The position numbers and the translations under genes were made by a program. Positions 39,752 to 49,555 of a stretch of 64,000 nucleotides of DNA are shown here, in pieces. The notes under the pieces were generated by a model. It was not told the origin of the DNA. It searched no databases and saw only the letters and a program-made list of their open reading frames with translations. The stretch lies in contig OZ246001.1 in assembly GCA_965230295.1 (NCBI GenBank), positions 2,592,001-2,656,000 on the forward strand. The letters run 5' to 3'. Numbering within the stretch: position 1 is the first letter of the stretch; each line of letters opens with the position of its first letter. This stretch comes from Marinicella sp. GTDB lineage: Bacteria; Pseudomonadota; Gammaproteobacteria; Xanthomonadales; Marinicellaceae.

Positions 39752-40512
39752 TGTTAAGTACCGGAGACAGACTGGGTAAGCTGTTCAAGCTTATCTTTAT
39801 CTTATTGTTGTTGTCCATTTTAGCCATAGCAGTGACTCCTTTGAGTTTCTACTATGATTATGTAAAAAAACACCTCAATCCTGTGAGTTTAACGGGCATC
39901 AGTGGCAGTGCCGTGAAAGGCAGTGCAGATTCACTTTCATACATGTCAGCACCCTTGGGTAAAACGGAATGGCTCTTGTATCCAAAAACTTTTAAAGGGT
40001 TGGGTGGTAAAGTCAGGGTCTATCAACAGAACTACGATTTGACTTTTGATATGCGTGAGTTGTCAGCAGATTCGCATTCATTCAACAACGTCAAAGGCTT
40101 TATTGATTGGCAGTTAATCAAACCATTCATGCAAATGCGATATGGTCAGATTGATGGGTATGCCCAAGTTAATTTACATTCTGTGGAATATAACAACAGC
40201 ACCGGTTTTGACAGAATGGAAGGTGAAGTGGTGTTGCAAGATTTTAAACTGATCACACCAACCGCCAAAGACCTCGGTGAAGTCAAAGTAACGTTCGAGA
40301 CCAAAAATAACGGGATGATAGTGGGCAACTTCACCAGTCAATCCAATGCCTTGAGTGTGTCGGGAGTTCTGGTCATACAACCGCGTCGTTGGCAACTGAA
40401 CTTAGACATCATTCCTAAAGCCGGACATTTTGAGCTGGATGCCGTATTGAATTCAGTCGGAGATGCACGTCGTGGTGGTGGCAGGCGCTTGAATTTAGCT
40501 GGCTTCTATTGA
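39751..40512 (+). CDS. gspN: Type II secretion protein GspN
   Basis: N-terminal TM helix, LTGISGSAVKGSA, DLGEV. Follows gspM with TAATG coupling. Confidence 0.75.
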   Translation: MLSTGDRLGKLFKLIFILLLLSILAIAVTPLSFYYDYVKKHLNPVSLTGISGSAVKGSADSLSYMSAPLGKTEWLLYPKTFKGLGGKVRVYQQNYDLTFDMRELSADSHSFNNVKGFIDWQLIKPFMQMRYGQIDGYAQVNLHSVEYNNSTGFDRMEGEVVLQDFKLITPTAKDLGEVKVTFETKNNGMIVGNFTSQSNALSVSGVLVIQPRRWQLNLDIIPKAGHFELDAVLNSVGDARRGGGRRLNLAGFY

Positions 40513-41412
40513 TGGCTGTTTGATCACTGGTCTTTTACTGATCAGGATCCATATGCCAAAACCGATGATAGGTAGCGTCAGCAGGTGGCCCATGGTCATC
40601 CATTCAAATGCAATGTAACCACGATTGGCATCCGGTTCACGGAAAAATTCTACGATAAATCTGGTGATGCCATAACTGAGCAAGAAGGCGGCTGAAACTG
40701 TGCCTCGTCGTTTGGCTTTATTGGCCACAATCCATACCACAAAGAAAGTAACCAATCCTTCACCGAAGGCTTCATAGAGTGTTGAAGGGTGTCTGGCAAA
40801 AGCGGCCAATTGTCCCTGTTCATAGAGTTCCTGCCAAGCACCTTCAGGCATATTGGCAGCTTGTAGGTGCACGGGTAATGAATCTGGAAAAATCATGGCC
40901 CATGGATGTTGGGTCAGGCGGCCCCATAATTCGCCATTGAGAAAGTTACCCATGCGTACAGCCAGTATACCAGTGGGTACCAAAGGTGCAATAAAATCAC
41001 TGATCTCAAAGAATGTCTTCTGGCTTTTCTTTTTAAAATATAGCATGGCCACCAGGACTCCAGTTAAGCCACCATGGAATGACATGCCACCTTCCCAAAC
41101 CCGCAATGGCAACATAGGATCATCAAATAAAGATGTGTCATTATAAAACATCACCCAACCCAGTCTGCCGCCAACAATGATGCCGATGGCGCCATAAAAA
41201 AGAAAATCAGAGAGCTGTTCGGAGTTCCAAGAAGAAGGGTACTTTTTGATGCGGTACTTACCCAACAGGTAATAAAAAGCAAAGCCGATTAAGTAGGTGA
41301 TGCCATACCAATGAATGTTAAATGGCCCAACCACACCCAGTAAGGGAAGATCAAAGGGGCCCAGTGAAAAAAACACAGGATCAAAGTCAATAATCGGAAA
41401 ATGGTTAGACAT
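40495..41412 (-). CDS. lgt: Prolipoprotein diacylglyceryl transferase
   Basis: HWYG, GGRLG, WEGGMSFHGG, RMGNFLNGELWGR, RHPSTLYE, RFIVEFFREPD. Confidence 0.96.
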   Translation of the reverse strand: MSNHFPIIDFDPVFFSLGPFDLPLLGVVGPFNIHWYGITYLIGFAFYYLLGKYRIKKYPSSWNSEQLSDFLFYGAIGIIVGGRLGWVMFYNDTSLFDDPMLPLRVWEGGMSFHGGLTGVLVAMLYFKKKSQKTFFEISDFIAPLVPTGILAVRMGNFLNGELWGRLTQHPWAMIFPDSLPVHLQAANMPEGAWQELYEQGQLAAFARHPSTLYEAFGEGLVTFFVVWIVANKAKRRGTVSAAFLLSYGITRFIVEFFREPDANRGYIAFEWMTMGHLLTLPIIGFGIWILISKRPVIKQPSIEAS

Positions 41413-41660
41413 GTATTCGAGAAAATTTTTAACAACTTCTGCATTATATGCATTTGTTACTTGGATGGTTAATCTTTATTGAATCAGGGTCACTTGGGTT
41501 GTTGATTATCGACCAGGTGAAAATGGCTTAATAACGGCTAAAAGTAACGAGTTTGTAGGATTTCACAAGGAAAAAATACCTAACAATATGTTAAGATTAA
41601 TGGGATGTGTGCTGTGGCATGCAGCAATCAATAATAATCAAGCAAAATAGAGGAATTTAT

Positions 41661-43706
41661 ATGAATCAAGAGTTGATCCCACTGATCGTGGGTGGTGTTG
41701 GGTTGCTTATGGCATTGATCATTTTTATGATGGTAAACAAAATGCCTTCAGGTGAAGGCAAGGTCAAAGACATTGCCCAACAAATTCACGAGGGCGCCAT
41801 GGTTTTCATGCGACGAGAATACAGTTTGTTGTTGCTGTTCGTGGTGGTGTTGGTCATTGGCCTGTATGTGGGTTTTGGCGATTGGCACACCCCATTTGCA
41901 TTTTTGGTGGGTGCATTTTGTTCTGGCGTTGCCGGTTACTTTGGTATGTTTTCGGCCACCAAAGCCAACGTTCGAACTACGGTAGCTGCCAATGAGCATG
42001 GTGCAGCCAAAGCTTTATCTGTGGCTTTTTATGGTGGTTCTATCATGGGCCTTACCGTAGCTGCCATGGGTTTACTCGGTTTAGGGACATTGTATATGTT
42101 GTTTGGCGGTGATCCGCACACTGTTGAATCAATACATGGCTTTGGTATGGGTGCCTCTGTGGTGGCCTTGTTCTCTCGTGTGGGCGGCGGCATTTTCACC
42201 AAGAGTGCTGATGTGGGCGCTGATTTGGTGGGCAAAGTAGAAGCGGGTATCCCAGAAGATGACCCCAGAAATCCAGGTGTGATTGCTGATAATGTGGGAG
42301 ACAATGTCGGTGATGTTGCGGGTATGGGTTCTGACATCTTTGAATCATATTGTGGGTCAATGATTGCCTGTATAGCCATTGCCTCGACCATGAGTATGGG
42401 CTTGTACTCACAAATTGCTGAACGCCAGCAAGATCTGATGTTCTTGCCATTGGCCTTGGCATCAACCGGATTGATTTGTTCTGTTCTGGGAATTTTCCTG
42501 GTGAAAATGTTCTCTGGTAAGAAACCAGATGTGGCATTGCGATTTGGTACCATTGGTGCCACGTTGTTGTTCATTGTCGCTGCCTATTTCACCACCCAAA
42601 CTTTGGGCATCCAAAGTGCTGTTTGGCAGTGTGTTTTATTGGGTGCTGTGGGCGGCATGGTCATCGGATTGGTGACCGAATACTACACAGGCGGTAAGCC
42701 AGTGAGAGACATCGCTAAAGGTGGTGAAACTGGACCAGCAACTGTGATGATTTCTGGATTGGCGGTAGGTATGGAATCGGTCGTGATTCCAGTCATGACC
42801 TTGGCAGCCATTATTTTTGGTACTTCTTTGTTATTGCCAGAAGGTGCCGGCGTATATGGTGTCGGAATAGGTGCTGTAGGTATGTTGGCCACTGTAGGCA
42901 TCACCATGGCCATTGATGCTTATGGACCGGTTGCAGATAACGCAGGCGGGATTGCTGAAATGGCAGAGTTGGGGCCTGAGACCAGAGAAATTACTGACGG
43001 CTTGGACGAAGTGGGGAACACCACAGCGGCCATTGGTAAAGGTTTTGCTATCGGTGCAGCAGGTTTGGCCGCCTTGGCCATCATTGCGGCATTTATCCAG
43101 GTGATTTCCAGCCAAGTTGCAGGGTTTTCACTGGACATAGGGAACCCGAAAGTCCTGATGGGCATGTTTTTGGGTGGTATTTTCCCATTCATTGTATCGG
43201 CCATGACCATGCGTGCTGTTGGCGATGCCGCTTTTGATATGATCAAAGAGATCCGTCGACAGTTCAAAGAAATTCCGGGGTTGATGGAAGGAAAGGCCCA
43301 GCCAGACAGCAAAAAATGTGTTGATATTGCCACCAAGGCAGCTTTGAAACGGATGATGGGCCCAGGCGCTTTGGCTGTTTTGGCGCCGATGGTGGTTGGT
43401 TTTGGGCTGGGTGCAGCTTCACTGGGTGGCATGCTCGGTGGTGCATTGATCACTTGCGTTCTGTTGGCCCTGACCATGGCCAATGCCGGTGGTGCTTGGG
43501 ACAATGCCAAAAAATATGTTGAAAAAGGCAACCTGGGTGGTAAAGGATCAGACGTTCACAAAGCGGCTGTGGTTGGTGACACAGTAGGTGACCCATTCAA
43601 AGACACATCAGGTCCAGCGATGAATATCTTAATCAATGTGATGGCTATTGTTTCTTTGGTCATTGCACCCTTGTTGGCCAAAATGCCAAATGGTTTTTTT
43701 AGTTAA
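41661..43706 (+). CDS. hppA: Membrane-bound K+-dependent, probably Na+-translocating pyrophosphatase
   Basis: [49 protein letters not shown]. Start at ATG 41661 after the GAGG SD. Confidence 0.95.
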   Translation: MNQELIPLIVGGVGLLMALIIFMMVNKMPSGEGKVKDIAQQIHEGAMVFMRREYSLLLLFVVVLVIGLYVGFGDWHTPFAFLVGAFCSGVAGYFGMFSATKANVRTTVAANEHGAAKALSVAFYGGSIMGLTVAAMGLLGLGTLYMLFGGDPHTVESIHGFGMGASVVALFSRVGGGIFTKSADVGADLVGKVEAGIPEDDPRNPGVIADNVGDNVGDVAGMGSDIFESYCGSMIACIAIASTMSMGLYSQIAERQQDLMFLPLALASTGLICSVLGIFLVKMFSGKKPDVALRFGTIGATLLFIVAAYFTTQTLGIQSAVWQCVLLGAVGGMVIGLVTEYYTGGKPVRDIAKGGETGPATVMISGLAVGMESVVIPVMTLAAIIFGTSLLLPEGAGVYGVGIGAVGMLATVGITMAIDAYGPVADNAGGIAEMAELGPETREITDGLDEVGNTTAAIGKGFAIGAAGLAALAIIAAFIQVISSQVAGFSLDIGNPKVLMGMFLGGIFPFIVSAMTMRAVGDAAFDMIKEIRRQFKEIPGLMEGKAQPDSKKCVDIATKAALKRMMGPGALAVLAPMVVGFGLGAASLGGMLGGALITCVLLALTMANAGGAWDNAKKYVEKGNLGGKGSDVHKAAVVGDTVGDPFKDTSGPAMNILINVMAIVSLVIAPLLAKMPNGFFS

Positions 43707-43726
43707 GAATCAGGCTTTTATCCGCC

Positions 43727-43752
43727 AAAAAGCCCCGAAAGGGGCTTTTTTT
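43727..43752 (+). terminator. Intrinsic terminator after hppA
   Basis: AAAAAGCCCC-GAAA-GGGGCTTTTTTT. Confidence 0.9.
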
Positions 43753-43809
43753 ATCGCTATCAAAAAAAACATGGGTTAAGATTATTGGACTGGAGGAAGA
43801 GTTCTGTCT

Positions 43810-44958
43810 ATGAGTTACCACATCAAACAATACAAACAAGGAGAGGTTATTTTCCATGGTGGAGACAGTTCACATTGCGCTTATATCATCGAAGAAGGCC
43901 AGGTTGAAATTTTTGTGGCAGCCAATGACACGATCATTGATATCCTGAATGAAGGCGAGTTGTTTGGTGAAATGGGGGTGTTGGACCAATCACCCAGGTC
44001 AACATCAGCCAGGGCTTTAACGCCAGTGACTTTATTAGAAGTCAAAACGGAACAGATCACCAATCGTTTGGCTGAGAGCGACCCCATTGTAAAAGCTTTG
44101 GTGGGTGTGCTACTGAAAAGATTCAGGTCGATGTTACCCAGCCAACAACTCAAAGACAGTAAAAACAGTTTGTTGGATCAGGTGGCCTCTGTGATTGAAC
44201 AAGCTGGCTTATCAAAATTTAAACTAGAAAGTGAGCTACGAACAGCCATAAACAATGGTGATGTACAGACAGTGCTGCAGCCATTGAATGACATCCAAAC
44301 CAACCAAATTGCAGGCTTTGAAGCGTTGAGTCGTTGGACACATCCTGAGCGTGGTTTCATTTCTCCCGTTGAATTCATTGCCTTGGCCGAAGAAACTGAT
44401 TTAATTATTGAAGTGGGTGATTTGGTGTTTACTCGAGCCATTGAAACATTGACAAAATTGCCTGATCACGTTTTCATCAACATCAACGTGTCTTCGCGAC
44501 AGCTTGATGATGACCAATTCCTCAATCGTGTACTAGATAAAGTGAAAGCCAACCACATCAACCCTCAACGTCTGAAGCTTGAAATAACCGAAACCATGGT
44601 GGTGGATTTTGAATTGGCTAAAAAGTGGTTGGAAAAATGCAGGAAGATTGGCTTTCCTGTGTGTGCAGATGATTTTGGTACCGGGCATTCGGGAATGGAA
44701 CAATTGGTTGAATTGAATTTTGATGTGCTTAAAGTGGATCAAGTGTTCATCCGCAACATGTTCAAGAATGAGCGATATCAGACCATTTTGGAGTCCATTG
44801 CCAGCATTGCCAAACAATTGAAAACCAAGCTGGTGGCTGAAGGTGTGGAAAGTGATGCTGAATATGAAGTGTTGAAAAACCTCAATTTTGATTTTGGCCA
44901 AGGTTATTATTTTGGCAAACCCATGTCCATTGATGATGTCTTGAAGTTAAAGTTTTAA
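43810..44958 (+). CDS. cNMP-binding/EAL domain c-di-GMP phosphodiesterase
   Basis: cNMP cassette LFGEMGVLDQSPRSTSA; EAL motifs GFEALSRW, INVS, LEITE, DDFGTGHS, KVDQ, AEGVE, QGY. Confidence 0.9.
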   Translation: MSYHIKQYKQGEVIFHGGDSSHCAYIIEEGQVEIFVAANDTIIDILNEGELFGEMGVLDQSPRSTSARALTPVTLLEVKTEQITNRLAESDPIVKALVGVLLKRFRSMLPSQQLKDSKNSLLDQVASVIEQAGLSKFKLESELRTAINNGDVQTVLQPLNDIQTNQIAGFEALSRWTHPERGFISPVEFIALAEETDLIIEVGDLVFTRAIETLTKLPDHVFININVSSRQLDDDQFLNRVLDKVKANHINPQRLKLEITETMVVDFELAKKWLEKCRKIGFPVCADDFGTGHSGMEQLVELNFDVLKVDQVFIRNMFKNERYQTILESIASIAKQLKTKLVAEGVESDAEYEVLKNLNFDFGQGYYFGKPMSIDDVLKLKF

Positions 44959-45077
44959 GGCTCAAAATCCATTCCGCAACAAACATCTTTTATCAATGTG
45001 AGTGGATAATCTTTCAATCCTAAGATTTAAATAATAAAGAACTTCTCATTTTAAAAATAATTGCTTACAATATTAGT

Positions 45078-45199
45078 GTGGGTAAGAAGTCGCTACATCT
45101 GTGGGATATGGTCAAAGTCCCGGTAGCGACATTAGGTGAATTCATATCAATATGAAGACACCTTTGTTGGCCGGGTTTTTGAACTCGGCCAACCTTTTC
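45078..45199 (+). ncRNA. Candidate small RNA with three stem-loops (unassigned family)
   Basis: Upstream TTCTCA-17-TACAAT; hairpins at 45089-45130, 45134-45163 and 45166-45193, then CTTTT. G-U pairs favour the + strand. Confidence 0.5.
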
Positions 45200-45243
45200 T
45201 CAGAACCATCTCAACCTAAACCCAAACTGAACACCGTCATTTG

Positions 45244-45277
45244 ATTCATATTGTGTTCATTCTTTCTTGCATACAAT
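45244..45277 (+). promoter_or_regulatory. Direct-repeat (OmpR/PhoB/PhoP-type) box and -10 element upstream of the glycine-zipper gene
   Basis: ATTCAT-N5-GTTCAT ending 11 nt before TACAAT. Confidence 0.35.
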
Positions 45278-45306
45278 CAAGTCATTGAATCCAACAGGAG
45301 TACACA

Positions 45307-45801
45307 ATGAAAAAATTAATACTCGGTATTTTTATTATGGGCGTTCCTTTGATGGCTTCGGCCAATCGCTACAACAACATCAATTACGGCAAGGTGGTCG
45401 ATGTTGAACCCGTATACCAAACCATTTCAATTCCTGAAGAAAGACAGGTGTGTGAGCGTCACAGAGATGACCGCTACACCCGGCGAAAATCTAATGCAGG
45501 CAAAGCCATCCTGGGCGGAATCATTGGCGGTGCAATCGGAAATAAATTTGGTCGGGGTCGCGGCCGTGATGCATCAACGGCATTAGGAATCCTGATCGGT
45601 GCTGGTGTGGGAGCCAATTCAGCAGACAGGCATCGTTATGGCAATTCATGTTACATAGAAACCCACTACCGTGAAGAAAATCGATTCATGGGCTATGATG
45701 TAACCTATGAATACAACGGGGATTTGTACCATACACAAATGCAAGAACATCCAGGGGATCGTGTCAGGTTACGTGTTTCGGTTGATGTGTTAGATCATTG
45801 A
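45307..45801 (+). CDS. Glycine zipper 2TM envelope protein (YcfJ-like)
   Basis: Signal peptide; GKVVDVEP; GAILGGIIGGAIGNKFGRGRGR-like zipper; GYDVTYEYNG...PGDRVRLRV. Confidence 0.88.
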   Translation: MKKLILGIFIMGVPLMASANRYNNINYGKVVDVEPVYQTISIPEERQVCERHRDDRYTRRKSNAGKAILGGIIGGAIGNKFGRGRGRDASTALGILIGAGVGANSADRHRYGNSCYIETHYREENRFMGYDVTYEYNGDLYHTQMQEHPGDRVRLRVSVDVLDH

Positions 45802-45822
45802 CCGACCCTGAAATGAGTCCAA

Positions 45823-45849
45823 AAAAATGGCGCCCAGTGCGCCATTTTT
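45823..45849 (+). terminator. Intrinsic terminator
   Basis: AAAAATGGCGC-CCAGT-GCGCCATTTTT. Confidence 0.85.
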
Positions 45850-45878
45850 AGTTTTAAAGGTATTTTGGAGTCATTAAA

Positions 45879-45892
45879 TTGACAGAAGTCAA
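45879..45892. promoter_or_regulatory. FNR/Anr-like palindrome upstream of ppk2
   Basis: TTGAC-AGAA-GTCAA, close to the FNR consensus TTGAT-N4-ATCAA. Confidence 0.45.
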
Positions 45893-46043
45893 TAAATCAT
45901 TTGCTTGTAACCAAATTGTTACTTTATTTAACTCAAAGAATTATCCATTCGGGTTAAAATATATAGGTGAAGGGAAGCCTATCTCAAATAGATATGCACA
46001 ACATCAAGCCACTTGATGTGGAACATTTGACTTTTAAAAAATT

Positions 46044-46973
46044 ATGACTGAAGAAAAACACATAAATATCGAACAAGCCAAAAAGCTGTTAAAGAAATTT
46101 ACAGACCATAAATATGTGATGAAGCAAAAACGCAACATCTCTGGCAAACAACTGATGCAATTGACCCACGCTGCCGGTGAGTTTCCTTATGATCAGAAAA
46201 TGGACTTGATTGACTATGAAACCGAAAAGCACTTGTTACAAACAGAACTGCTGAAAGTTCAAAGCTGGGTTAAAGAAACTGGTCAGAGGATTGTTTGTTT
46301 GTTTGAAGGCAGAGATGCTGCTGGTAAAGGAGGTACCATCAAACGGTTCATGGAACATTTAAATCCACGTGCTGCCCACGTAGTGGCTTTGGAGAAACCG
46401 ACTGAAAGAGAACGTGGTCAGTGGTATTTTCAGAGATACATTGCCCAGTTGCCAACCAAAGGAGAAATGGTGTTTTTTGACCGCTCCTGGTATAACAGGG
46501 CCGGTGTTGAAAGGGTGATGAATTTTTGTACCGAAGATGAATATCAAGAATTTATTCGACAAGTATTTCCCTATGAACAAATGCTGGTCAATTCAGGCAT
46601 TATCTTGTTTAAATTTTGGTTTTCAGTCACTCGACAGGAACAACTCCGGAGGTTTCACAGCCGCAAAAATGATCCATTAAAACATTGGAAGCTCAGTCCT
46701 GTGGATGTTGAATCTTTAGATAAATGGGATGATTACACCAAAGCCAAAAAAGACATGTTTTTTCACACGGATAATCCGCTGACGCCATGGACTGTGATTA
46801 AATCTGATGACAAAAAACGTGCCAGAATAAATTGCATGCGTTATTTCTTACACAACTTAGATTATCCGAACAAGAGTCTATCGATTGTCAAAGACTACGA
46901 TGCCAACATTGTTGGATCTGTCAATAAAATGTACCCTTATGCAACCTTGAAGGCCATCAGCAATGAAGGATGA
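46044..46973 (+). CDS. ppk2: Polyphosphate kinase 2 (single domain)
   Basis: FEGRDAAGKGGTIKRF, QWYFQRY, FDRSWYNRAGVERVM, WKLSPVD, SDDKKRARIN. Confidence 0.96.
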   Translation: MTEEKHINIEQAKKLLKKFTDHKYVMKQKRNISGKQLMQLTHAAGEFPYDQKMDLIDYETEKHLLQTELLKVQSWVKETGQRIVCLFEGRDAAGKGGTIKRFMEHLNPRAAHVVALEKPTERERGQWYFQRYIAQLPTKGEMVFFDRSWYNRAGVERVMNFCTEDEYQEFIRQVFPYEQMLVNSGIILFKFWFSVTRQEQLRRFHSRKNDPLKHWKLSPVDVESLDKWDDYTKAKKDMFFHTDNPLTPWTVIKSDDKKRARINCMRYFLHNLDYPNKSLSIVKDYDANIVGSVNKMYPYATLKAISNEG

Positions 46974-47238
46974 AAAAGTGATTGAAATGGTGGCGAAATG
47001 TGAAGCCATTCTTGAGCAAGTACAGTCTCATGCTTCATCGGTTAAGCAGATGCATGATCACATGCAGTACATGATTGAACACAACAAAAAGCTGCAAGAG
47101 GAAATTAAACTGATTGAACGCAAAGAGATGCAAAAGGAAATCATTGCCATGGCCAGTAAAGCAGCCAAAAAGGCTGCAAAAAAGAGTATTGCCAAAGCAA
47201 AAATCAGAGAACAGTTACATCCTGATAACAGCGAATAA
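46963..47238 (+). CDS. Hypothetical coiled-coil protein with a basic C-terminus
   Basis: 91-aa ORF overlapping the ppk2 stop and ending just before the terminator; helical/heptad composition. Confidence 0.7.
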   Translation: MKDEKVIEMVAKCEAILEQVQSHASSVKQMHDHMQYMIEHNKKLQEEIKLIERKEMQKEIIAMASKAAKKAAKKSIAKAKIREQLHPDNSE

Positions 47239-47255
47239 AATTCCTTTCACCCATC

Positions 47256-47287
47256 AAAAAAGGGTTGTGTAAAACAACCCTTTTTTT
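47256..47287. terminator. Bidirectional intrinsic terminator between the ppk2 unit and tkt
   Basis: AAAAAAGGGTTG-TGTAAAA-CAACCCTTTTTTT. Confidence 0.88.
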
Positions 47288-47301
47288 AAGTCATACACTC
47301 A

Positions 47302-49302
47302 TCAGCCTTTGAGCAGGTCTTTTGCCGTATTCACTATGCGTTCAGTGGTGAAACCAAAGTGTTCAAACAGTTGGTTGCCAGGAGCTGATTCACCAAAGGT
47401 GTTCTGGGCAATGATTTGCCCCTTTAATCCCACATATTTATACCAGAAGTCACCTTGTGCCGCTTCAACAGCGATGCGTTTTTCACATGTAGGAGGCAAT
47501 ACCGAATCTTGGTAAGCTTGATCTTGTTGAGCAAATATTTCTGCACATGGCATAGAGACCAATCGCACAGAGTGACCAGAGGCGTTGAGCTGCTTGGCAG
47601 CTTCGGCAGCAATGCCCACTTCAGAACCGGTGGCGATCACTATCAACTCAGGTGTACCATCGGTATCGATCAAGGTGTATGCGCCTCGGTAGATGTTGTT
47701 GATTTGTTCAGAGCTTCTTGGTTGGTGTTGTACGCCTTGACGAGTAAATAACAAACAAGAGGGGCCATCCATTTTCTCTACAGCTGACTGCCAGGCAGCC
47801 ACAGATTCAACGGCATCACAGGGGCGCCATACATGCATGTTTGGGATCATCCTCAGGGTCGGCGTTTGTTCTACGGGCTGGTGGGTTGGGCCGTCCTCTC
47901 CAACACCAATGGAATCATGGGTATAAACAAAAATATTGCGGATCTTCATCAAAGCTGCCATGCGCAATGCATTTCGTGCATACTCAGAAAACATCAAGAA
48001 AGTGGCACTGTAAGGAATGAATCCGCCATGCAGGGCCATGCCATTGGTGATGGCGCTCATGGCAAATTCTCGTACCCCATAAGAAATATAATTACCGCTG
48101 AAGTCACCATCATTGATGGACTGAGAACCTGACCAAAAGGTATTGTTTGATGGGGTTAAGTCTGCAGATCCACCAAAAAACTCTGGCAACAAGGGGCCCA
48201 GACCCTCCAAGGCCAGTTTCGAAGCTTTTCTGGTGGCCATCTGTGGCGCATCATCAGCAGTTTGCTGTAAGTAGTTTTGTACAGACTCGGACCAATTGGT
48301 CGGTAGTTCACCGTGCATGCGTCGTTGTAATTCACTGGCTAACTCTGGGTGATCAGTGGCATATGCTGCCATGGCATTGTTCCAGTTTTGTTCAGCTGCT
48401 TGACCTGTTTCTTTGGCATCCCAAGCGGCATAAATTTCAGCCGGGATTTCAAATGGTGCATGCGGCCAATTCAACGCTTCACGGGTGGCCGCAATTTCAT
48501 CTTCGCCCAATGGGGCGCCATGACAATCATGTGATCCCGCTTTGTTGGGTGCGCCATCACCAATGTTGGTTTTGGCACAAATGAGGGTGGGTTGATCCGG
48601 GTTGTCCAAAGCACTTTGTATGGCTTCCTTGACCGCATGGGCATCATGGCCATCAACGGCTTCAATCACTTGCCAGCCATATGCTTTGAATCGTTGTGGC
48701 GTGTTGTCTGTGAACCAGCCATCAACTTCACCATCAATTGAAATGTTATTGTCGTCATAAATGGCAATCAGTTTCCCCAATTTCAGGGTGCCAGCTAAAG
48801 AGCAAGCTTCATGAGAAATGCCTTCCATTAAGCAACCATCACCTAAGAATACATAAGTGTTGTGGTTGATGATCTGGTGACCTGGTTTGTTGAATTGTTT
48901 AGCCAATAACTTTTCTGCCAATGCCATGCCCACTGCGTTGGCGATGCCTTGTCCCAAAGGGCCCGTGGTGGTTTCAATGCCTGGCGTGTAGCCATATTCT
49001 GGATGGCCTGGGGTTTTTGAATGTAGCTGCCTGAAATTTTTCAGGTCATTCATGGTTAAATCATAGCCACTCAAATGTAATGCGGAATAAGGCAACATCG
49101 AACCGTGACCATTAGACATCACAAATCGATCCCGATTGATCCATTGGGGGTTTTGTGGGTTGTGTTGTAGGAAGTCGTTGAACAAGACTTCAGCTATGTC
49201 GGCCATTCCCATTGGGGCACCCGGGTGTCCGGAATTGGCTTGTTGAACGGCATCCATTGCGAGGAATCGAATGGCATCAGCCAGGATTTTTCTGTCTGTC
49301 AT
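47302..49302 (-). CDS. tkt: Transketolase
   Basis: [54 protein letters not shown]. Start placed at ATG 49302. Confidence 0.97.
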   Translation of the reverse strand: MTDRKILADAIRFLAMDAVQQANSGHPGAPMGMADIAEVLFNDFLQHNPQNPQWINRDRFVMSNGHGSMLPYSALHLSGYDLTMNDLKNFRQLHSKTPGHPEYGYTPGIETTTGPLGQGIANAVGMALAEKLLAKQFNKPGHQIINHNTYVFLGDGCLMEGISHEACSLAGTLKLGKLIAIYDDNNISIDGEVDGWFTDNTPQRFKAYGWQVIEAVDGHDAHAVKEAIQSALDNPDQPTLICAKTNIGDGAPNKAGSHDCHGAPLGEDEIAATREALNWPHAPFEIPAEIYAAWDAKETGQAAEQNWNNAMAAYATDHPELASELQRRMHGELPTNWSESVQNYLQQTADDAPQMATRKASKLALEGLGPLLPEFFGGSADLTPSNNTFWSGSQSINDGDFSGNYISYGVREFAMSAITNGMALHGGFIPYSATFLMFSEYARNALRMAALMKIRNIFVYTHDSIGVGEDGPTHQPVEQTPTLRMIPNMHVWRPCDAVESVAAWQSAVEKMDGPSCLLFTRQGVQHQPRSSEQINNIYRGAYTLIDTDGTPELIVIATGSEVGIAAEAAKQLNASGHSVRLVSMPCAEIFAQQDQAYQDSVLPPTCEKRIAVEAAQGDFWYKYVGLKGQIIAQNTFGESAPGNQLFEHFGFTTERIVNTAKDLLKG

Positions 49303-49555
49303 GGTGTTATCTAAGTGGTTGGTTTTGAATGGCCAAATGGCATCCTTACGGGGATTGTATTTTATTGACATTCGTGCCTATAAACAACGACTAATAGGAG
49401 TTTTAACGATTTTGTCATGATCAACCACAACTTATTGAATGTTAACAGACCCCAATCAAATTCTGGCTTTAGAAAAAAGCAGGCAAGACAGCTCTAGTGT
49501 GTTTGCTCTATAATGCTGTGGATAATAGGCAAAGTAAAATAACTGTGAGGAATTT

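Noticed and set aside
42029-43531. Long antisense ORFs within hppA (and within tkt, chpA and the RND gene)
   Set aside because: Shadow ORFs opposite well-supported genes, with no recognisable motifs.
45078-45199. Structured element as a c-di-GMP riboswitch, Rsm/Csr sRNA, tRNA, SRP or 6S RNA
   Set aside because: Lacks the c-di-GMP-I GNRA/receptor pattern, has only one GGA (in a stem), no T-loop or cloverleaf, no SRP core, and is too short and branched for 6S.
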